Shown here: positions 62,545 to 64,000 of the stretch, piece after piece | Layout of the letters: every line of letters begins with the position of its first letter | How positions within the stretch are numbered: the first letter of the stretch is position 1 | Source of the DNA: Bdellovibrionales bacterium | GTDB taxonomy: Bacteria; Bdellovibrionota; Bdellovibrionia; Bdellovibrionales; UBA1609 | Direction of reading: 5' to 3' | Length of the DNA: 64,000 bases | Assembly (NCBI GenBank): GCA_965200875.1 | Contig: OZ241456.1 | Location: forward strand, 1,600,001 to 1,664,000 | Program-made: the position numbers and the translations under genes | Notes under the pieces: model-generated | Databases searched by the model: none | Seen by the model: the letters and a program-made list of their open reading frames with translations, nothing else | What the model was told of the DNA's origin: nothing

Positions 62545-62670
62545 ACCAGCGCGGGACTGAAAAAAACCTGATTTTAATTTGATTCCCGGCTTGCAAGAAA
62601 CTGAAAAAAACCTGAATGGCCAGTGAAAAAGTCTTTATATGTGACCGGACTTATTGCTCATACCTCGGCG
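62545..62670 (+). repeat. Degenerate family B pieces and a family A terminal arm
   Basis: gcgggactgaaaaa, ccagtgaaaaag, cttattgctcatacctc. Confidence 0.55.
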
Positions 62671-62763
62671 AACGATGATTTATTTGAAAAAGTCGGGGAA
62701 TAATGTGTTGCTGAGCATACATTAGTTAAAAATATGTTGCTGGCATACAATTTTTAAAAGAGA

Positions 62764-63156
62764 TTATTCTTTATTCTGTTGTTGTAAAAGTATTTCATAC
62801 AACTTGGTAACATTCGTATTTGTGTCTTTGATAGATTCAGTCACTTCCACCCTAAAAGCATCAATCTTGTTATTGGTTTCGGCACTAAGAGTATCAATCC
62901 TCTGATTGGTTTCGGCGATCCTCTGATTGGTTTCAGTGATGATCCTCTGACTGGTCTCAGTGATCTTCTGGTTGGTTTCGGTGATCCTCTGATTGGTTTC
63001 AGTGATCCTATGGTTGGTTTCGGTGATATGATTAGTCAACAATTCTTTGATAGGGCTTATTTGAGCCTTCAACATCCAGTGTATAGCTCCAAAGAGAAGC
63101 CCTGTATAAAGAACAAAAAAAGTAAGAACTGGCGTAAATTCAATTATTTGATCCAT
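62764..63156 (-). CDS. Membrane-anchored coiled-coil protein with ITETNQR heptad repeats
   Basis: N-terminal TM segment, 21-bp repeats, RBS AAGGAGG. Confidence 0.75.
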   Translation of the reverse strand: MDQIIEFTPVLTFFVLYTGLLFGAIHWMLKAQISPIKELLTNHITETNHRITETNQRITETNQKITETSQRIITETNQRIAETNQRIDTLSAETNNKIDAFRVEVTESIKDTNTNVTKLYEILLQQQNKE

Positions 63157-63301
63157 ACACCCTCCTTCAATGAGTATAATCTTATCATATCAGGAGGCCA
63201 CGCGAGGGGGATGTAAACCAAGAAAGGAGGCGAAAAACGCGCCACCGGTTTTATAAAAATAACAATTTAATCAAGGACTTAAAAACTCTGAAAGCTTTTA
63301 C

Positions 63302-64000
63302 TTATCGGCATTTATCCCGAATAACCCGCTTCCTGAGATTTCTTTCCGAGACAGTCTGAAATCCTCTTTCCACAAAAGCCAGTTTCAGGGCCGCACTTAA
63401 ACTTTTCTCGCCTACCTTTGTATTAAACTTACTTATCAAATCCATCACATTGCTTCGAGCTTCGGCAGGCCATGTAACCATATCGTACCCATGTTTCGCT
63501 AAATCCAGTACAATATTTTCAGCAGTCGGAGTATTACCTTCAGTAGTGTTTCTAGTTATCTGTGATGTATTAATCGAAAACTTCACTATCGTTTGTATAT
63601 CCTCTGGACGAATTCCCTCTGAATTTTCTGCTTCTTTTTCTGCCACTTTTTCCGCCAGCATGTGCAGAGAACGCCCGATTTCTGGGTTGCGTGTGGCGGT
63701 TATAACTTTAAAAAGATTTGCTAATTGGTTTTGTGACAACTGGGGAACCATTTTTCTGCTCAAAATACCTATAATAGCTTGAGCTGTCGTCTCACTGATA
63801 GAAGGCGTTGATGTAACATCCATCAAACTATCAAGCACTCTAAGTGGGTTGCTTGATACTTGTCCAATCCGGACTAATTTAAGGTGTTCCTTATAAACAT
63901 CTTCTACACTACGAGACGTAGTAAACCAATTCACTGGATATCTGTTTTGAATATTCGTCACCATTTCAAATAAGTGGTATTGGGCTGAGGCGGATTCTTG
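63302..64000 (-). CDS. Hypothetical protein, 3' part (frame open to the window edge)
   Basis: No stop codon between 63964 and 64000 in the same frame. Confidence 0.6.
   Translation of the reverse strand, partial: QESASAQYHLFEMVTNIQNRYPVNWFTTSRSVEDVYKEHLKLVRIGQVSSNPLRVLDSLMDVTSTPSISETTAQAIIGILSRKMVPQLSQNQLANLFKVITATRNPEIGRSLHMLAEKVAEKEAENSEGIRPEDIQTIVKFSINTSQITRNTTEGNTPTAENIVLDLAKHGYDMVTWPAEARSNVMDLISKFNTKVGEKSLSAALKLAFVERGFQTVSERNLRKRVIRDKCR

Overview
A low-GC chromosomal window, most likely from a Bdellovibrionota (Bdellovibrionales-like) genome. That placement is inferred from the 16S signature GTAAGACGAGGG, a RomR-like regulator, a CdbA-like RHH protein and a hit-locus-type Tad/Flp cluster. 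Bases 1-9.3 kb form a defence island: KTSC protein, two Rpn (PD-(D/E)XK) genes with internal antitoxin-type starts, a TIR-STAND NTPase broken by one TAG, a DprA+PRTase pair, and an MTase with a putative restriction endonuclease. The rest is housekeeping genes in fragmented operons (holA, metK, lepA, pyrB, carA, gspCD, secG, tnaA, an unlinked 16S rRNA, carD, tRNA-Thr/Tyr, rplX, rpmB, rpsR, birA, def, fmt, rpe, aspS), an intact IS3-family element between two pentapeptide-repeat paralogues, secreted Cys-rich hypothetical proteins and a split Tad pilus cluster. The three most unusual observations are: (i) a signal peptidase I homologue at the lepB position that lacks both catalytic residues and carries a baseplate-J-like insertion; (ii) a Cu/Zn SOD lipoprotein fused to a copy of the neighbouring GspC PDZ region, next to gspD; (iii) a dispersed ~110-nt palindromic element whose copies show compensatory base changes, nested with a second MITE-like family. 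All assignments come from motif recognition by eye; no searches were run.
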